From assembly GCA_029974015.1 (NCBI GenBank), contig JARKUF010000009.1, positions 1,167 through 65,166 of the forward strand: 64,000 nucleotides of DNA, given 5' to 3'. The notes below the pieces were generated by a model, which was not told the DNA's origin, searched no databases, and saw nothing but the letters and a program-made list of their open reading frames with translations. A program made the position numbers and the translations under genes. Below, in pieces: positions 37,672 through 47,849 of the stretch (positions are counted from its first letter, which is position 1; every line of letters starts with the position of its first letter). This DNA is from Spirochaetota bacterium (lineage in GTDB: Bacteria; Spirochaetota; UBA4802; JAGODF01).

Positions 37672-38241
37672 GTGATAAAGAATTCCTTGTACCATTATAA
37701 ATCCTCGCCTGTATATGTTAAAGTCCGCCTTTTCGTGGCGGCTTGTATCATCCTGTGTTCTTTTTCTTCCGCATTCGGAGAAGATGGCGCGGATGGCAAT
37801 GGAAAGAAAGCGCGGGAAAGCAATTTCCTTGGCATGGAACTCCTTGCCCGGCGCGACTTCAAAGGGGCCGAACGGCATTTTGCGTACGCAATATCCCTCA
37901 ATCCGGAAATTAAGTTTTATTATAACAATATCGCCGTTGCGCTGATGAACCAGAAGAATTACTCAGATGCGGTAGATAATTTAGAAAAGGCCATTCTGCT
38001 CGATCCCTTCTATACCAGGGCCCTGTCGAATTTGGCCATCAGCTATTTTCATCTTTCCTGTTACAGGCAAGCTTTTTATTATTATCAGCGCGCCTCAAAG
38101 GCCGATCGGCCATATACGGAAAAAAGGTTTGATCTGAAAAAAATAGTATCGGGCATGGAAAAGCTGCACAGGGGCAATCCGAAAGACGCAACATTAAAAT
38201 CCATCCTAAATCGGGTAAGAAACATCGAAAGCCTCCCCTGA
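37672..38241 (+). CDS. exported TPR protein
   Basis: Signal-like segment and TPR repeats (YNNIAVAL, LSNLAISY). Start uncertain. Confidence 0.75.
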   Translation: MIKNSLYHYKSSPVYVKVRLFVAACIILCSFSSAFGEDGADGNGKKARESNFLGMELLARRDFKGAERHFAYAISLNPEIKFYYNNIAVALMNQKNYSDAVDNLEKAILLDPFYTRALSNLAISYFHLSCYRQAFYYYQRASKADRPYTEKRFDLKKIVSGMEKLHRGNPKDATLKSILNRVRNIESLP

Positions 38242-38253
38242 ACCCCTTCCTTA

Positions 38254-38856
38254 CTACCGCGAGCTCATATCTTCCGGGTAATTGATATTGTGGAATACCT
38301 CCCGAGGGGTAACAATTTCGGATATTTCTTTTTCGTCTATTTTTCTTACCCGTACCTCGGAAAAAAAGCTTATTATTCTTCTTCTGCCCTCTTCCATAAC
38401 ACGGGCGATATGAGCGGCACATCGACGTGAATATACCGCGTGGAGCGCTTCAAACTCGCCGTTTATTACTGGTACAGTCACATCAAAGCACTCCGACTCA
38501 TTCACCATGTACCGGACCAGTCCTTCGTGAAGTCCGGGCATATCGCCCCCGACAATGAAGGAGCGGTCATTTTTTGAATGTTCCAGGGCCGTAAAGATGC
38601 CCCCAATGGGGCCCGCACCAGTCACGATGTCTGAATGCCAGGGAAGTTCAAGAAAAGAGAAACGCTCACCTCCATCGGCTATGATGGCAACATGTTCGAA
38701 AGTCGAGGTCAGAATATCAGCAACATGACGTATAAGCGGCTTTCCGAGATAAAGATGCATGAGCTTGTCACTTCCAAAGCGCCTGCTCTTGCCGCCGGCC
38801 ACGATAAACGCCGAGACATCGCGTATCTTATCTTTGGCATTAATCCTTGACATCAT
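38254..38856 (-). CDS. mobA: molybdenum cofactor guanylyltransferase
   Basis: AGGKSRRFGSDK, GPIGG, DMP, LHAVY and NIN.PED motifs. Confidence 0.93.
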   Translation of the reverse strand: MMSRINAKDKIRDVSAFIVAGGKSRRFGSDKLMHLYLGKPLIRHVADILTSTFEHVAIIADGGERFSFLELPWHSDIVTGAGPIGGIFTALEHSKNDRSFIVGGDMPGLHEGLVRYMVNESECFDVTVPVINGEFEALHAVYSRRCAAHIARVMEEGRRRIISFFSEVRVRKIDEKEISEIVTPREVFHNINYPEDMSSR

Positions 38857-38977
38857 CCGCAAACTCTTAAATTATATGGCAATCTAAAAATGTTTGGTTT
38901 CCCGCACGCCCTCGGCGGGCATGAAAACATGGTTTTTGCGACAACCCTTTAGGTTGATTTTTCCAGAGTATCAAAAC

Positions 38978-39490
38978 ATGGCAACGACTAAATTTCCGCC
39001 GCTCATCGCATTCACGGGCCGTTCCGGTTCCGGGAAGACGACCATCATTGAGAAATTGACTGCCCTCTGCGCCGGGCGAGGGCTTCGTGTCGGCATAGTG
39101 AAACACATGCGTCACGAATTCGATATCGACCATCCAGGAAAGGACACGTACCGCTACATGTCCTCGGGCGCCGCCGTAAGGTCTATAACCAACGGCACCT
39201 CCATCGCCATTATGGCCGACGGCATTGACGGGCTTTCCCCGTTGGATGCGGCCCCGCATCTTTTCGCCGCCTGCGATCTGGTGATCATCGAGGGACAGAA
39301 GGAAGGGGCATATCCGAAAATCGAGGTGATAGGCGATTCCACCGAGGCGCCGCTGCACCTATCCGGCGTGGAAAATATCGTGGCCCTTGCATGTGACCGA
39401 GACATCGAAACGTCCCTGCCGCTTTTTAGAAGGGACGACATCGTCCCCCTGTTGAATTTCATTTCCCGCCTTACGGGCCTTACTCCCTGA
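38978..39490 (+). CDS. mobB: molybdopterin-guanine dinucleotide biosynthesis protein B
   Basis: GRSGSGKTT, VKH..H.FDID.PGKD and DLVIIEG motifs. Confidence 0.93.
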   Translation: MATTKFPPLIAFTGRSGSGKTTIIEKLTALCAGRGLRVGIVKHMRHEFDIDHPGKDTYRYMSSGAAVRSITNGTSIAIMADGIDGLSPLDAAPHLFAACDLVIIEGQKEGAYPKIEVIGDSTEAPLHLSGVENIVALACDRDIETSLPLFRRDDIVPLLNFISRLTGLTP

Positions 39491-41888
39491 GAAGGGCGAT
39501 GGTGACGCCGTCTCCCCCTTCCCCATAATCACCTGGCCTAAAATCCATCGCGTAAGAAGAAAACCGAAGTGCGCTCCTCACGGCTTCCTTCAGTGCCCCC
39601 GTTCCATGACCGTGGATTATGACGGCGCTATGGATGCCGCTTCGAACCATGGAATCCAGAGAAGAGTTCATAAGCTCTACTGCCTCATCGGCCCTCATTC
39701 CTCGCAGGTCGATAGTATTGTAGCTCGTCTGGATGGTAAGGGGAACGAATTTGCCGCTATTCTCAAGATGCGCCTTGCTTTTCCTTTCAGATATTTTTTT
39801 CTTTTTCGCGGGAACAGCGGGAAGCATGAGATCGTCGAAGGAATGGCGCGATTTCATGGCGTTTCCCAAAAGCACGAAAACGGCGCCCTGCCTCTCGTCG
39901 ACACTCTCTATTATGCATTCCAAATCCAGGGATACTACGAAGGCGGCGTCCCCGGGGCCCGCCAGGGACGGATCAAATGGGCGATAGATATCCGCAAGCT
40001 GCCGGGCTTTCGTTTTCTCTATGTCCTTCCGGAGCGTTTTCTCCATCTCGTCAGCTTCCAGGCGTATCTCCCCCAGACGCCGCATATCGGCTTCTCTTAT
40101 TTCACGGGCCCGTTCCGAAAGCTTCCTGCGCAGTTCCGCCATTTCGGCGAAAAGTTCCTTCCCCCTGGCGGACTTCATCTCGGCTTCCATGGAACGGAGC
40201 CTGCGCTTTCCCTCTTCGATGTCATGCTTCTCCCGTTCCAGTTCTTTCTTCAGATTAATGATGAGATCCCGTTCGCGGTGAAGCTCTTCGTCGAGCCGAT
40301 GGACCTTTTCCAATAACGCCTCCGAAGAAAGCTCCGTTTCACCCAAAAGCGACCGGGCCCTTTCAGTGACGTTGCTCGGCATACCATAAAGGCCCGCGAT
40401 TTCTATTGCGTGGCTTGACCCTGGTATTCCGGGCATAAGCCGGTAGGTGGGCTCGAAAGTTTCGGGATCGAAAGAAACCGAGGCGTTCCGGAACCTCGGA
40501 TCGGATGAAGCGAGGTTTTTTAATTCAGGATAATGGGTCGTGGCGAAGATGAGCGCTCCGGTCTCCGCTAACATTTCCAGAATGGCCCGGGCAAGGGCGG
40601 CGCCCTGCCGGGGATTGGTCCCCACCACAATCTCGTCCACCAGGACCAGGCTTTTTCCGTCGGCATTTTCCAGCATTTCGCGAAGGGCCACTATTTGGCC
40701 TGAAAACGTCGACAGGGACCGGGATAGGTTCTGGTCGTCACCGATATCCGCATAAACACCGTCGAATAGCGCAATTCTTGAATCGGGGCCGGCTGGAATA
40801 TGAAGCCCGTGCTTCGCCAAAAGCGAACAAAGCCCTATGGTTTTTAGAAGTACCGTTTTGCCTCCCGTGTTTGCACCAGTCACGAGCATGCATCGAGCGT
40901 TTTTTCCAAGCCTCACTGTATTTGGCACCACGGCATCCGGGTCCATTAGATGAAGCAGGGGGTGGCGAACATCAATGAGGTCCACCTCATTGGAAGCGAT
41001 CAGCTCCGGCGCATTGCCCCGGACAGCTTCGCTAAAACGCGAAGCTGCATTCAAAAAGTCAAGTTGCGCCAGGGCCGCCTGGTTGGCTTCGAGACCGGCG
41101 GCATTGGCGCCCACCTTTTTTGAAAGCGCGGCAAGTATCTTTACGGTTTCCGCCTTTAGATCATGCTCCTTCATCACCATCCGATTATTGATATCGGTAA
41201 TGGCGTCGGGCTCCACATACAGGGTGGCCTCGCTGGCCGATACGTCGTGGACGGTCCCTTTGATTTTTCCGCGAAAAGAAGCTTTCACCAGAAGCACATA
41301 ACGATCACCACGCGTGGTGAAGACTTTTTCCTGTAGATACGTAGAGATCGAAGGCGAATGAATCATCGCCTTCAGTTGTTTTTCGATCTCGGAGCGAAGC
41401 GACGCAATTTCCGCCTCTATGGACCCAAGCCTCGGGTATGCGGAACGGCTCAGGGCCCCCGAATCAGTAAGGGACTTTCCAAGAAGCTCCGTAAGCTCGT
41501 TTAGAGGGTCGAGGGCACCGGAATCGCCGCCCAGCACGGGATAGTGTTCCCTGTGTGATTTTAAGAAATTCCTTATTCTGCGGGATGCTGTAAGAAAATT
41601 GCTAACTTCATAAAGGTCGGGGAGGGAAATGGTCCCTCCCTTGCGCGCCAGCTTGACTGAACCGGTGATATCAATGAAACCGGAAAAATCGGGAACATCA
41701 TGTTCCAGGAGGCGGATATTTTTAAAATCGGTGATTTTTTGAAGGCGTTTCGAGGCGGAACCGAGTTCCACGGGCTCCAGGTCCCTTGCAAAAACCACAC
41801 CGGGACCCGTATCGCACCGTGAAGCAAGATGGTCGAGTACTCCGTCCCACTCCAGGGCTTCCAGGACTTTTTTTGATAAATGCCGCAC
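39480..41888 (-). CDS. mutS2: endonuclease MutS2
   Basis: TGANTGGKT, DIGDDQ..S.SLSTFS and TTHY motifs; C-terminal Smr domain IHGHGTG. Confidence 0.95.
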   Translation of the reverse strand: MRHLSKKVLEALEWDGVLDHLASRCDTGPGVVFARDLEPVELGSASKRLQKITDFKNIRLLEHDVPDFSGFIDITGSVKLARKGGTISLPDLYEVSNFLTASRRIRNFLKSHREHYPVLGGDSGALDPLNELTELLGKSLTDSGALSRSAYPRLGSIEAEIASLRSEIEKQLKAMIHSPSISTYLQEKVFTTRGDRYVLLVKASFRGKIKGTVHDVSASEATLYVEPDAITDINNRMVMKEHDLKAETVKILAALSKKVGANAAGLEANQAALAQLDFLNAASRFSEAVRGNAPELIASNEVDLIDVRHPLLHLMDPDAVVPNTVRLGKNARCMLVTGANTGGKTVLLKTIGLCSLLAKHGLHIPAGPDSRIALFDGVYADIGDDQNLSRSLSTFSGQIVALREMLENADGKSLVLVDEIVVGTNPRQGAALARAILEMLAETGALIFATTHYPELKNLASSDPRFRNASVSFDPETFEPTYRLMPGIPGSSHAIEIAGLYGMPSNVTERARSLLGETELSSEALLEKVHRLDEELHRERDLIINLKKELEREKHDIEEGKRRLRSMEAEMKSARGKELFAEMAELRRKLSERAREIREADMRRLGEIRLEADEMEKTLRKDIEKTKARQLADIYRPFDPSLAGPGDAAFVVSLDLECIIESVDERQGAVFVLLGNAMKSRHSFDDLMLPAVPAKKKKISERKSKAHLENSGKFVPLTIQTSYNTIDLRGMRADEAVELMNSSLDSMVRSGIHSAVIIHGHGTGALKEAVRSALRFSSYAMDFRPGDYGEGGDGVTIALLRE

Positions 41889-41983
41889 CCAGCACTCCCT
41901 CTTCTACTTTTGAGCATCTCTTCGGGCCGGGCAGTGTCAAGTGTAAATTCTTCTTGGCTTTTTACGTCGCGCTTTCTTGATAT

Positions 41984-43033
41984 CTACTCCTCCCAGTCCC
42001 AGAAAAAATCTTTGTTTGTGAGCTCCTTCTCCGGCTCCCTCGTTTCTTCTCCGGGAAGTCTTGTTGAAAAAACGCTTCCGCTACCGTGGATTAATTCGAG
42101 CTGGTCCTCCAGGTCCGCCGTCTGCTCCTCCCAGTACTGGACAGAGCCGAAATGGGGAAATGCCGCGGGGAAAGCCGGGTCGTCCCATCGTGCGGCTATC
42201 CAGGAGGCGTACCTGATATACCGGAGCGACCTAAGGGGCTCCACGAGGCGAAGCCATGAATCATCAAAATCCCGAAAAACCCGATAGGCGTCAAGCATCA
42301 GGGTACGCTGGCGCAAACCCTCTTCATCACAGGCCGGAGCGAGCATCCAGAGGTCCTGGACAGCCGGCCCGGTAAGAAAATCATCGAAGTCAAGAAAAAA
42401 ATACCCCTCCCTGCCATGGAGGAGGTTTCCCAGGTGACAATCCCCGTGGATGCGGTGAACAGGGACGTTCCCGGCCAAGGCGTCGTATATCTCCACGATC
42501 TCCCTCACCGCTGCGGCATACCGGTCCCGACAATGGGAGGGCAGTAAATTTCTTTCAAGCAGAAACTCCAGGGGCCGAAGTCCGTACGTCTCCCCCGTGA
42601 GGGCGATACGGTGACGCGCCGGCTTCGCGGCGCCATTGTTATGGATGCGGGCGAGAAGGCGTCCGAGAGACTGCAGTTGAGCGTCGGAAAGCTCGTCGGG
42701 AACTCTGCCTCCTGTGCGCGGCCAAATGGCGTAGTAAATCCCCTTTGTTTCATGGAGCGTTTCGCCATCGGAAAATTGCACAGGAGCGCATACGGGAATT
42801 TCATCGTCCTTTAAATCAAAGAGAAATTCGTGCTCCTCTAAAATCTGCTCCCGAGACCAACGTCCCGGCCTGTAAAATTTCCCAATTACATGGGAGCCAT
42901 CCTCAAGACGCAAGTCGTAAACCCGGTTTTCGTAACTGTTTAGGGCCATGCAATGGCCCGTGGGCTCGTACCCGCTTTCTTCGACCGCTTTCAGGATGAT
43001 ATCCGGCGTAAGCTGGAAAAAAAAGTTACTCAT
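41984..43033 (-). CDS. srkA: Ser/Thr stress response kinase SrkA/RdoA (YihE)
   Basis: LNSYENRVY, KFYRPGRWS, HGDCH.GN, DFDD and RWDDPAFP motifs. Confidence 0.93.
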   Translation of the reverse strand: MSNFFFQLTPDIILKAVEESGYEPTGHCMALNSYENRVYDLRLEDGSHVIGKFYRPGRWSREQILEEHEFLFDLKDDEIPVCAPVQFSDGETLHETKGIYYAIWPRTGGRVPDELSDAQLQSLGRLLARIHNNGAAKPARHRIALTGETYGLRPLEFLLERNLLPSHCRDRYAAAVREIVEIYDALAGNVPVHRIHGDCHLGNLLHGREGYFFLDFDDFLTGPAVQDLWMLAPACDEEGLRQRTLMLDAYRVFRDFDDSWLRLVEPLRSLRYIRYASWIAARWDDPAFPAAFPHFGSVQYWEEQTADLEDQLELIHGSGSVFSTRLPGEETREPEKELTNKDFFWDWEE

Positions 43034-43109
43034 TTCACAAAAGCTCTTCAAACGCCGAAGGCGAGGCAGAATGCCTCGCCTTCACGCTAATCATTTTAAA
43101 CAAGATTAT

Positions 43110-44159
43110 TTACGACTCCTGGCGGGGGCTTCTCTTCTTCCACCAGAGAAAGTAACCGGCAGCACAGCCTCCTCCAAGAACCAGCAATATAAGGGGAATA
43201 ATCCAGAACAAAGCGTTCGGAGATTCGTCAAGATTACGGTAATGCAACTGCTCCGTCGCGGCGGCATTTTCATCGAGGTCCTTCGCGTCGACAGCGCCAG
43301 CCGCTTTGAGGAGCTTGAAAATTTCGGGACGGCTGTGGTTGATGGAGTATTTCACGATGGAATTGCCGAACTTGTCCTTTGCGTTCACATCGGCCTTCGC
43401 TTCGATTAGGGCCTTGGCGATCTCAGTATTGCCGCTGATCGTGGCCGCCATAAGAGGCGTCACGTAGGCCATAACGAGCTCATAATCTTTATCGTTGGTC
43501 TTGGCGTTTACATTGGCGCCTGCAGCGATGAGGGCCTTGGCTACATCGGTATGTCCTTTTTTCGCCGCTAAGATGAGGGGCGTTTCGCCGAAATCGTTGC
43601 TGATGTTAACATTCGCTCCCTTGGCCGAGAGAAGGCGCACCACATCGGCGTATCCCTTTTCAGCGGCCACCATAAGAGGCGTGGCCCCCCTGCCGCTGGG
43701 CTGGTTGACCCTGGCGCCTCTGTCGATAAGGTCATGGACGATATCTACATTACCGGTCTTTGTGGCGAGGTAGAGGGGCGTCACTCCTTCCTTGTTCGAC
43801 TGGTTGACGTTGGCGCCCTTCGCCGTCAGGAGGCGCACCACCTGAAGGTCCTGATTTTTAACCGCAAGGGAGAGGGCGGTTATGCCATATGTTTTATCGG
43901 TGGAGTTGACGTCGGCGCCCTTCGAAATGAGCAGTTCTACAATCTCCGCCAGCCCCCTGTGGGCCGCGAGGATAATCATCGTCGCATCATAATTGTCGGG
44001 ATCCCGGTGGTTCACACTGGCCCCTTCCTTCAGAGCTTCACTGACGCCCCTGAAGCTCCCTGCACGCACGGCGCGAAGCAGATCATCATTGGGCGACGCA
44101 AACGCGGAAATTGAAGCCAGTACTACAAACGCAATCATCATAGCTATAGTCTTTTTCAA
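43110..44159 (-). CDS. ankyrin-repeat protein with signal peptide and C-terminal TM anchor
   Basis: Repeated G.TPL..A...G..D.V..L...GA.VN; TTG start behind GGAGG; hydrophobic C-terminal helix followed by basic residues. Confidence 0.9.
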   Translation of the reverse strand: MKKTIAMMIAFVVLASISAFASPNDDLLRAVRAGSFRGVSEALKEGASVNHRDPDNYDATMIILAAHRGLAEIVELLISKGADVNSTDKTYGITALSLAVKNQDLQVVRLLTAKGANVNQSNKEGVTPLYLATKTGNVDIVHDLIDRGARVNQPSGRGATPLMVAAEKGYADVVRLLSAKGANVNISNDFGETPLILAAKKGHTDVAKALIAAGANVNAKTNDKDYELVMAYVTPLMAATISGNTEIAKALIEAKADVNAKDKFGNSIVKYSINHSRPEIFKLLKAAGAVDAKDLDENAAATEQLHYRNLDESPNALFWIIPLILLVLGGGCAAGYFLWWKKRSPRQES

Positions 44160-44192
44160 AACAGTGCCTCCGGCATACAAAAAGAGATTATG

Positions 44193-44324
44193 GGGAACCT
44201 CAAAAAATTATTTTTTTGAGGTTCCCATCGACTGTAACAACAGGTATAACTACTGGCATACTAAGGGCTTGGGTTTTCCCGCCCGCCGAAGGCGGGCGGG
44301 AAAACCCAAGTATTAGAGATTGCC
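44193..44324 (-). mobile_element. MITE-like element, copy 6 (reverse orientation, ~12-bp internal insertion)
   Basis: GGGAACCTC...GAGATTGCC flanked by TATG/TATG; perfect 20-bp stem CTTGGGTTTTCCCGCCCGCC-GAA-GGCGGGCGGGAAAACCCAAG. Confidence 0.9.
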
Positions 44325-44471
44325 TATGGTGTAATACCCGATTGGGGTTACATATCAGTCATCAGAGGGGATCGCCTGTATAATAAGGCTGATATGTCCG
44401 TTGGAAGTGCACATTAAATAAGATTATTATTTTGTCAATAAAATTACCTTGTCCGAGACAAACCCGATCGG

Positions 44472-45350
44472 TTAAATATCGAAGGTCTGCTTTTCCATGG
44501 CGGCATGCAGCTCCAGGGGGAAACCGCGGTCCTGTATCATCTGCCGATAGTGCAGAAGTATGTCATCAAGATCATCGTCGCTGCGCAGAGGTTCGTGGTG
44601 GAAAAAAAACAGCTTCTTCACCCCGGCACGAACCGCCATGTTGACCACATGGTGGGTGGTGCTGTGGCCCCATCCCCGCTTTGACTCATATTCCGATGGA
44701 AGATACTGTGAATCCGTGACCAGGGCATCGGCTCCCTTCACGAACTCCACAAGGCGCCGATTCAAATTCTCGACAAACTCTCCCATCTCGCCGTCTCCGT
44801 CTTTGTAGACATTATAATACGGCTCGTTGTCCCCCAGGTAGATGAAGGTTTTTCCGCCATAATGGACCTTGTAGCCGAGGCACGCCACGGGATGGTTTAG
44901 AGTGATCGATTCAATTGTAAAGTTTCCTATAGTGAAGCTGTCCTGCTCAATCTGGTGATAGCTGATTTCCGCCTGAAGCTCCACGGTGCGCACAGGGAAG
45001 TAGCTGTACTTCATCTGGCCGCTCAGGATGTCCTCCAGGGACATCTCCACGGTGCCGGGCCCGTAGATCGCGACACGGTTCCCCGGGATGTAGATGGGGG
45101 TAAAAAAAGGGATCCCGTTGATATGGTCCCAGTGTGGATGGGAGATGAGGATTGTGATATCATGCTTCTTTGAAAGATCGAGGGATTCGCCGAGGACCCG
45201 CAATCCCGTTCCCGCGTCGAAAATGATCCAGTCCCCATCCTCCGATCGGATCTCAAGACAGGAGGTGTTCCCTCCGTACCGCATGGTAGATGGGCCGGGT
45301 ACAGGAATGGAACCGCGTACTCCCCAAAATGTGACTTTCAGCCATCCCAT
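44472..45350 (-). CDS. MBL-fold metallo-hydrolase (RNase Z/phosphodiesterase-like)
   Basis: WGVRGSIP, YGGNTSC, DAGTG, SH.HWDH and WGHS motifs. Confidence 0.92.
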   Translation of the reverse strand: MGWLKVTFWGVRGSIPVPGPSTMRYGGNTSCLEIRSEDGDWIIFDAGTGLRVLGESLDLSKKHDITILISHPHWDHINGIPFFTPIYIPGNRVAIYGPGTVEMSLEDILSGQMKYSYFPVRTVELQAEISYHQIEQDSFTIGNFTIESITLNHPVACLGYKVHYGGKTFIYLGDNEPYYNVYKDGDGEMGEFVENLNRRLVEFVKGADALVTDSQYLPSEYESKRGWGHSTTHHVVNMAVRAGVKKLFFFHHEPLRSDDDLDDILLHYRQMIQDRGFPLELHAAMEKQTFDI

Positions 45351-46198
45351 TATTTAAGAAAAAGCCTCGCCTTTTCAATTTCCTTGTTAATATCGGCCAG
45401 GGCCTCAAAGACCGCCTCTTCATTGAGGCCCAAAACCTTCCAGATTTCCTCAACGATGGGAGATATTCGATAATTTCCGCTGAAACCGACCTTTAAAATT
45501 TTCACAAAATTGTCGGCAATGCCCACCACCATGGAGAATATGGCCGACTGACCGGTGAGAACAGGCAGATGATGCCTTCCCACGGCATAGAGAAGATTGT
45601 TTTCAAATTTCCATTTTTTCCCGATGGCGATGCCAATCTCCTCATGGGAGAGTCCCAGGATGTTTTTTTCAATATCGGTGATGAGCGCGTTCTTCCGGGA
45701 GGATATCTCCAACACCTTCTTCATCTCTTCGGGAAAAAAATTATTTATGAGGATTTTTCCAATATCGTGAATAAGACCGGCGATAAAATATTCTTCAATA
45801 AATTTGTCCTCTACGCCGAGCCGCTTGGCAATCATCTTCGATGCGACCGCAACACCGAGGGAATGTTTCCAGAAGTCTTCGCCATCCAGGACGGTGCTAC
45901 CTTTCAGGTAGGACCTCCCGAGGAACGCCGATGAAATCGCGACGTTCTTGATGGTGTTGACGCCGAGCATCACTACGGCCTGCTTGAGTGACTTCACCTC
46001 CTGGGGCAGGCCAAAGTATGCCGAGTTGACCATGCGTATGACTTTCGCCGTAAGGACGGGGTCAAACTGGATGACGTCCGTAAGGTCCTGTGCGGAAGAA
46101 CGTACGTTATTCGCCACCTCGTTAATCTTGTGGATCACCGGCGAGAGGCTCGGCATCTTGTCAATAGACTCCTTGACCCTGTCAACCACGCTTTTCAT
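45350..46198 (-). CDS. HDOD domain protein
   Basis: DPVLTAKVIRMVNSAYFG, FWKHS, AGLIHDIGK and GRHH motifs. Confidence 0.93.
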   Translation of the reverse strand: MKSVVDRVKESIDKMPSLSPVIHKINEVANNVRSSAQDLTDVIQFDPVLTAKVIRMVNSAYFGLPQEVKSLKQAVVMLGVNTIKNVAISSAFLGRSYLKGSTVLDGEDFWKHSLGVAVASKMIAKRLGVEDKFIEEYFIAGLIHDIGKILINNFFPEEMKKVLEISSRKNALITDIEKNILGLSHEEIGIAIGKKWKFENNLLYAVGRHHLPVLTGQSAIFSMVVGIADNFVKILKVGFSGNYRISPIVEEIWKVLGLNEEAVFEALADINKEIEKARLFLK

Positions 46199-46268
46199 TC
46201 AATTATAACGGTCCGAAAGAATCGATAAGGCTTTTATCGTTTATAATATGAATTTCCATGCTTCAAAT

Positions 46269-46385
46269 TCAGTAGTTCAGCCAATACAGCACATCAAGAA
46301 CAATAAGCGCCCAGAAGAGGACGATGTAGGAAATTATCAGCCCGAGGAATACCATGCGGAGTCGTTTCAAGACCATGCGCTTCAT
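46269..46385 (-). CDS. putative 38-aa single-TM small protein (below the ORF-track cutoff)
   Basis: MKRMVLKRLRMVFLGLIISYIVLFWALIVLDVLYWLNY*; starts 8 nt after the PDZ gene stop on the same strand. Confidence 0.5.
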   Translation of the reverse strand: MKRMVLKRLRMVFLGLIISYIVLFWALIVLDVLYWLNY

Positions 46386-46392
46386 TCCGGCA

Positions 46393-46758
46393 TCATTCAC
46401 GCTTGAGGACAATTTTACCCCGCATCACCCTGAAGGGCATTATTGTTTCATTCCGTTTTATCGACAGGAAAACCGCGGTCCCCGCTTTGCCGCGAAGCAA
46501 GTTTGTGACAATATGATCGTGCTTAAGTCCCTTGAGGTTTTTTCCGTCCACCGACTCAATGATATCGCCCGGTTTTAAACCCGCATCATGTCCAGTGCCC
46601 CCCTGGTAGACGGAGACGATGATATAAGGCCGTTCATCGGTAACAATTTCGTTCCCCGACGGGACTTCAATGCCGAGCCCGCCGAATTCTTCACCGGAAC
46701 ATCCGAAAATATACATTGCAAACATCATCACGGGGACAAATATTGCGAAAGGTCTCAT
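46393..46758 (-). CDS. PDZ domain lipoprotein
   Basis: Lipobox IFGC, FGGLGI, AGLKPGDII.SVDG and LRGKAGT.V motifs. Confidence 0.88.
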   Translation of the reverse strand: MRPFAIFVPVMMFAMYIFGCSGEEFGGLGIEVPSGNEIVTDERPYIIVSVYQGGTGHDAGLKPGDIIESVDGKNLKGLKHDHIVTNLLRGKAGTAVFLSIKRNETIMPFRVMRGKIVLKRE

Positions 46759-46811
46759 TGTTGACACCACCCTTGCCTGCGAAGCCAAATCGGTACAGAA
46801 TTTTGATTTTT

Positions 46812-46893
46812 GGCAGCCTCTAATTGCATGGTTTTCCCGCCCGCCGAAGGCAGACAGAAAAACCCAGGTGCCGAGTCTGTCAGTAATTACAAT
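46812..46893 (+). mobile_element. MITE-like element, copy 7 (3'-truncated)
   Basis: GGCAGCCTCTAA...TTTTCCCGCCCGCC-GAA-GGCAGACAG...CCGAGTCTGTCAGTAATTACAAT; lacks the terminal palindrome. Confidence 0.8.
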
Positions 46894-46944
46894 TATTGTT
46901 CAAAACTGGGCCAATATGTCAAATATTTTCCATGATGATCAGAT

Positions 46945-46974
46945 AAAAAGGGCGCCCCGAGAGACGCCCTTTTT
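46945..46974 (-). terminator. rho-independent terminator (bidirectional shape)
   Basis: AAAAAGGGCG...CGCCCTTTTT downstream of the beta-barrel gene. Confidence 0.75.
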
Positions 46975-47001
46975 ATGTTATGAGAATATTGTGCAATCGT
47001 C

Positions 47002-47538
47002 TTAAAATTTATACTGGAGGCCAAGAAGAATCGCAAAGATGTTTTCATCCCTATCCGCTATATCAATAAAGCGATATCTGGCTTCAAGTATCAGTTCAAA
47101 GGGCGTTCCGGAAATACCGAATTGGGCCCCCGCAAAAAGATCGACACCGGCGTCAGAATCCTTATCTCTGCTGTATTTATTATTATAATCTTTATAATTC
47201 AGCGAAGGACCGAACCCAAGGAAGGGCGATATGGAGGAATTACCCATGAAGTACCAGTACCAATCAAAATGAATTCCCCAAATATCATAGAGGGAAGCAT
47301 TGCTTGTTTCAATGGATACCCAATCAAGCCCCGGTTTAAATTTTAAACTGTTGAAAATAAAAGTGCCCATGTCGAAGAAAACGCCAAAAGTCCAGGTGTT
47401 TTCCGCGTCAATATCCTCCAGGTCGTTCTGCATCATCGCATAGCCGCCCTTAATAATGATGGCCCTGGCGGACAGTTCTCCGGCCGCGAAAGAGAGCATC
47501 AAACCCGCCGCAATCAGAAACACCAACAGTTTTTTCAT
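47002..47538 (-). CDS. small outer-membrane beta-barrel protein
   Basis: Signal peptide, amphipathic strands, SPFLGFG and LEARY motifs, C-terminal LQYKF; RBS GAGGAGG. Confidence 0.85.
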   Translation of the reverse strand: MKKLLVFLIAAGLMLSFAAGELSARAIIIKGGYAMMQNDLEDIDAENTWTFGVFFDMGTFIFNSLKFKPGLDWVSIETSNASLYDIWGIHFDWYWYFMGNSSISPFLGFGPSLNYKDYNNKYSRDKDSDAGVDLFAGAQFGISGTPFELILEARYRFIDIADRDENIFAILLGLQYKF

Positions 47539-47626
47539 TACAATTCCTCCTCGTTATCTGAATATCTTTCCATAAATGAAACCAGCCGTATGTATTTGTC
47601 AACCACAAGACCAATTTATAATTTAA

Positions 47627-47746
47627 GGCAACCTCAAATTATTAGGTTTTTCCGCCTTCCGAAGGGGGACAGAAATATCTAAGTCCTGAGTCTGCCAGCA
47701 GTTACAGATCATCCGAATTATAAAGAGCCAAACTTTAAAAGAACCC
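47627..47746 (+). mobile_element. MITE-like element, copy 8 (degenerate)
   Basis: GGCAACCTC...AAGTCCTGAGTCTGCCAGCAGTTACA...GAACCC, 120 bp, flanked by TTAA/TTAA. Confidence 0.8.
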
Positions 47747-47807
47747 TTAACTCAAAAAAATTTTAAACTTCAGTCCGATTTTACGTATTAATTACGTGAC
47801 AGAATGC

Positions 47808-47849
47808 ATAATTGCAAGGGGAAACCCAAGTCCTGTGTTTGTCAGTAGT
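47808..47849 (+). repeat. internal fragment of the element with the central hairpin missing
   Basis: TAATTGCAAGG-GGAAACCCAAGTCCTGTGTTTGTCAGTAGT directly abuts copy 9. Confidence 0.6.
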
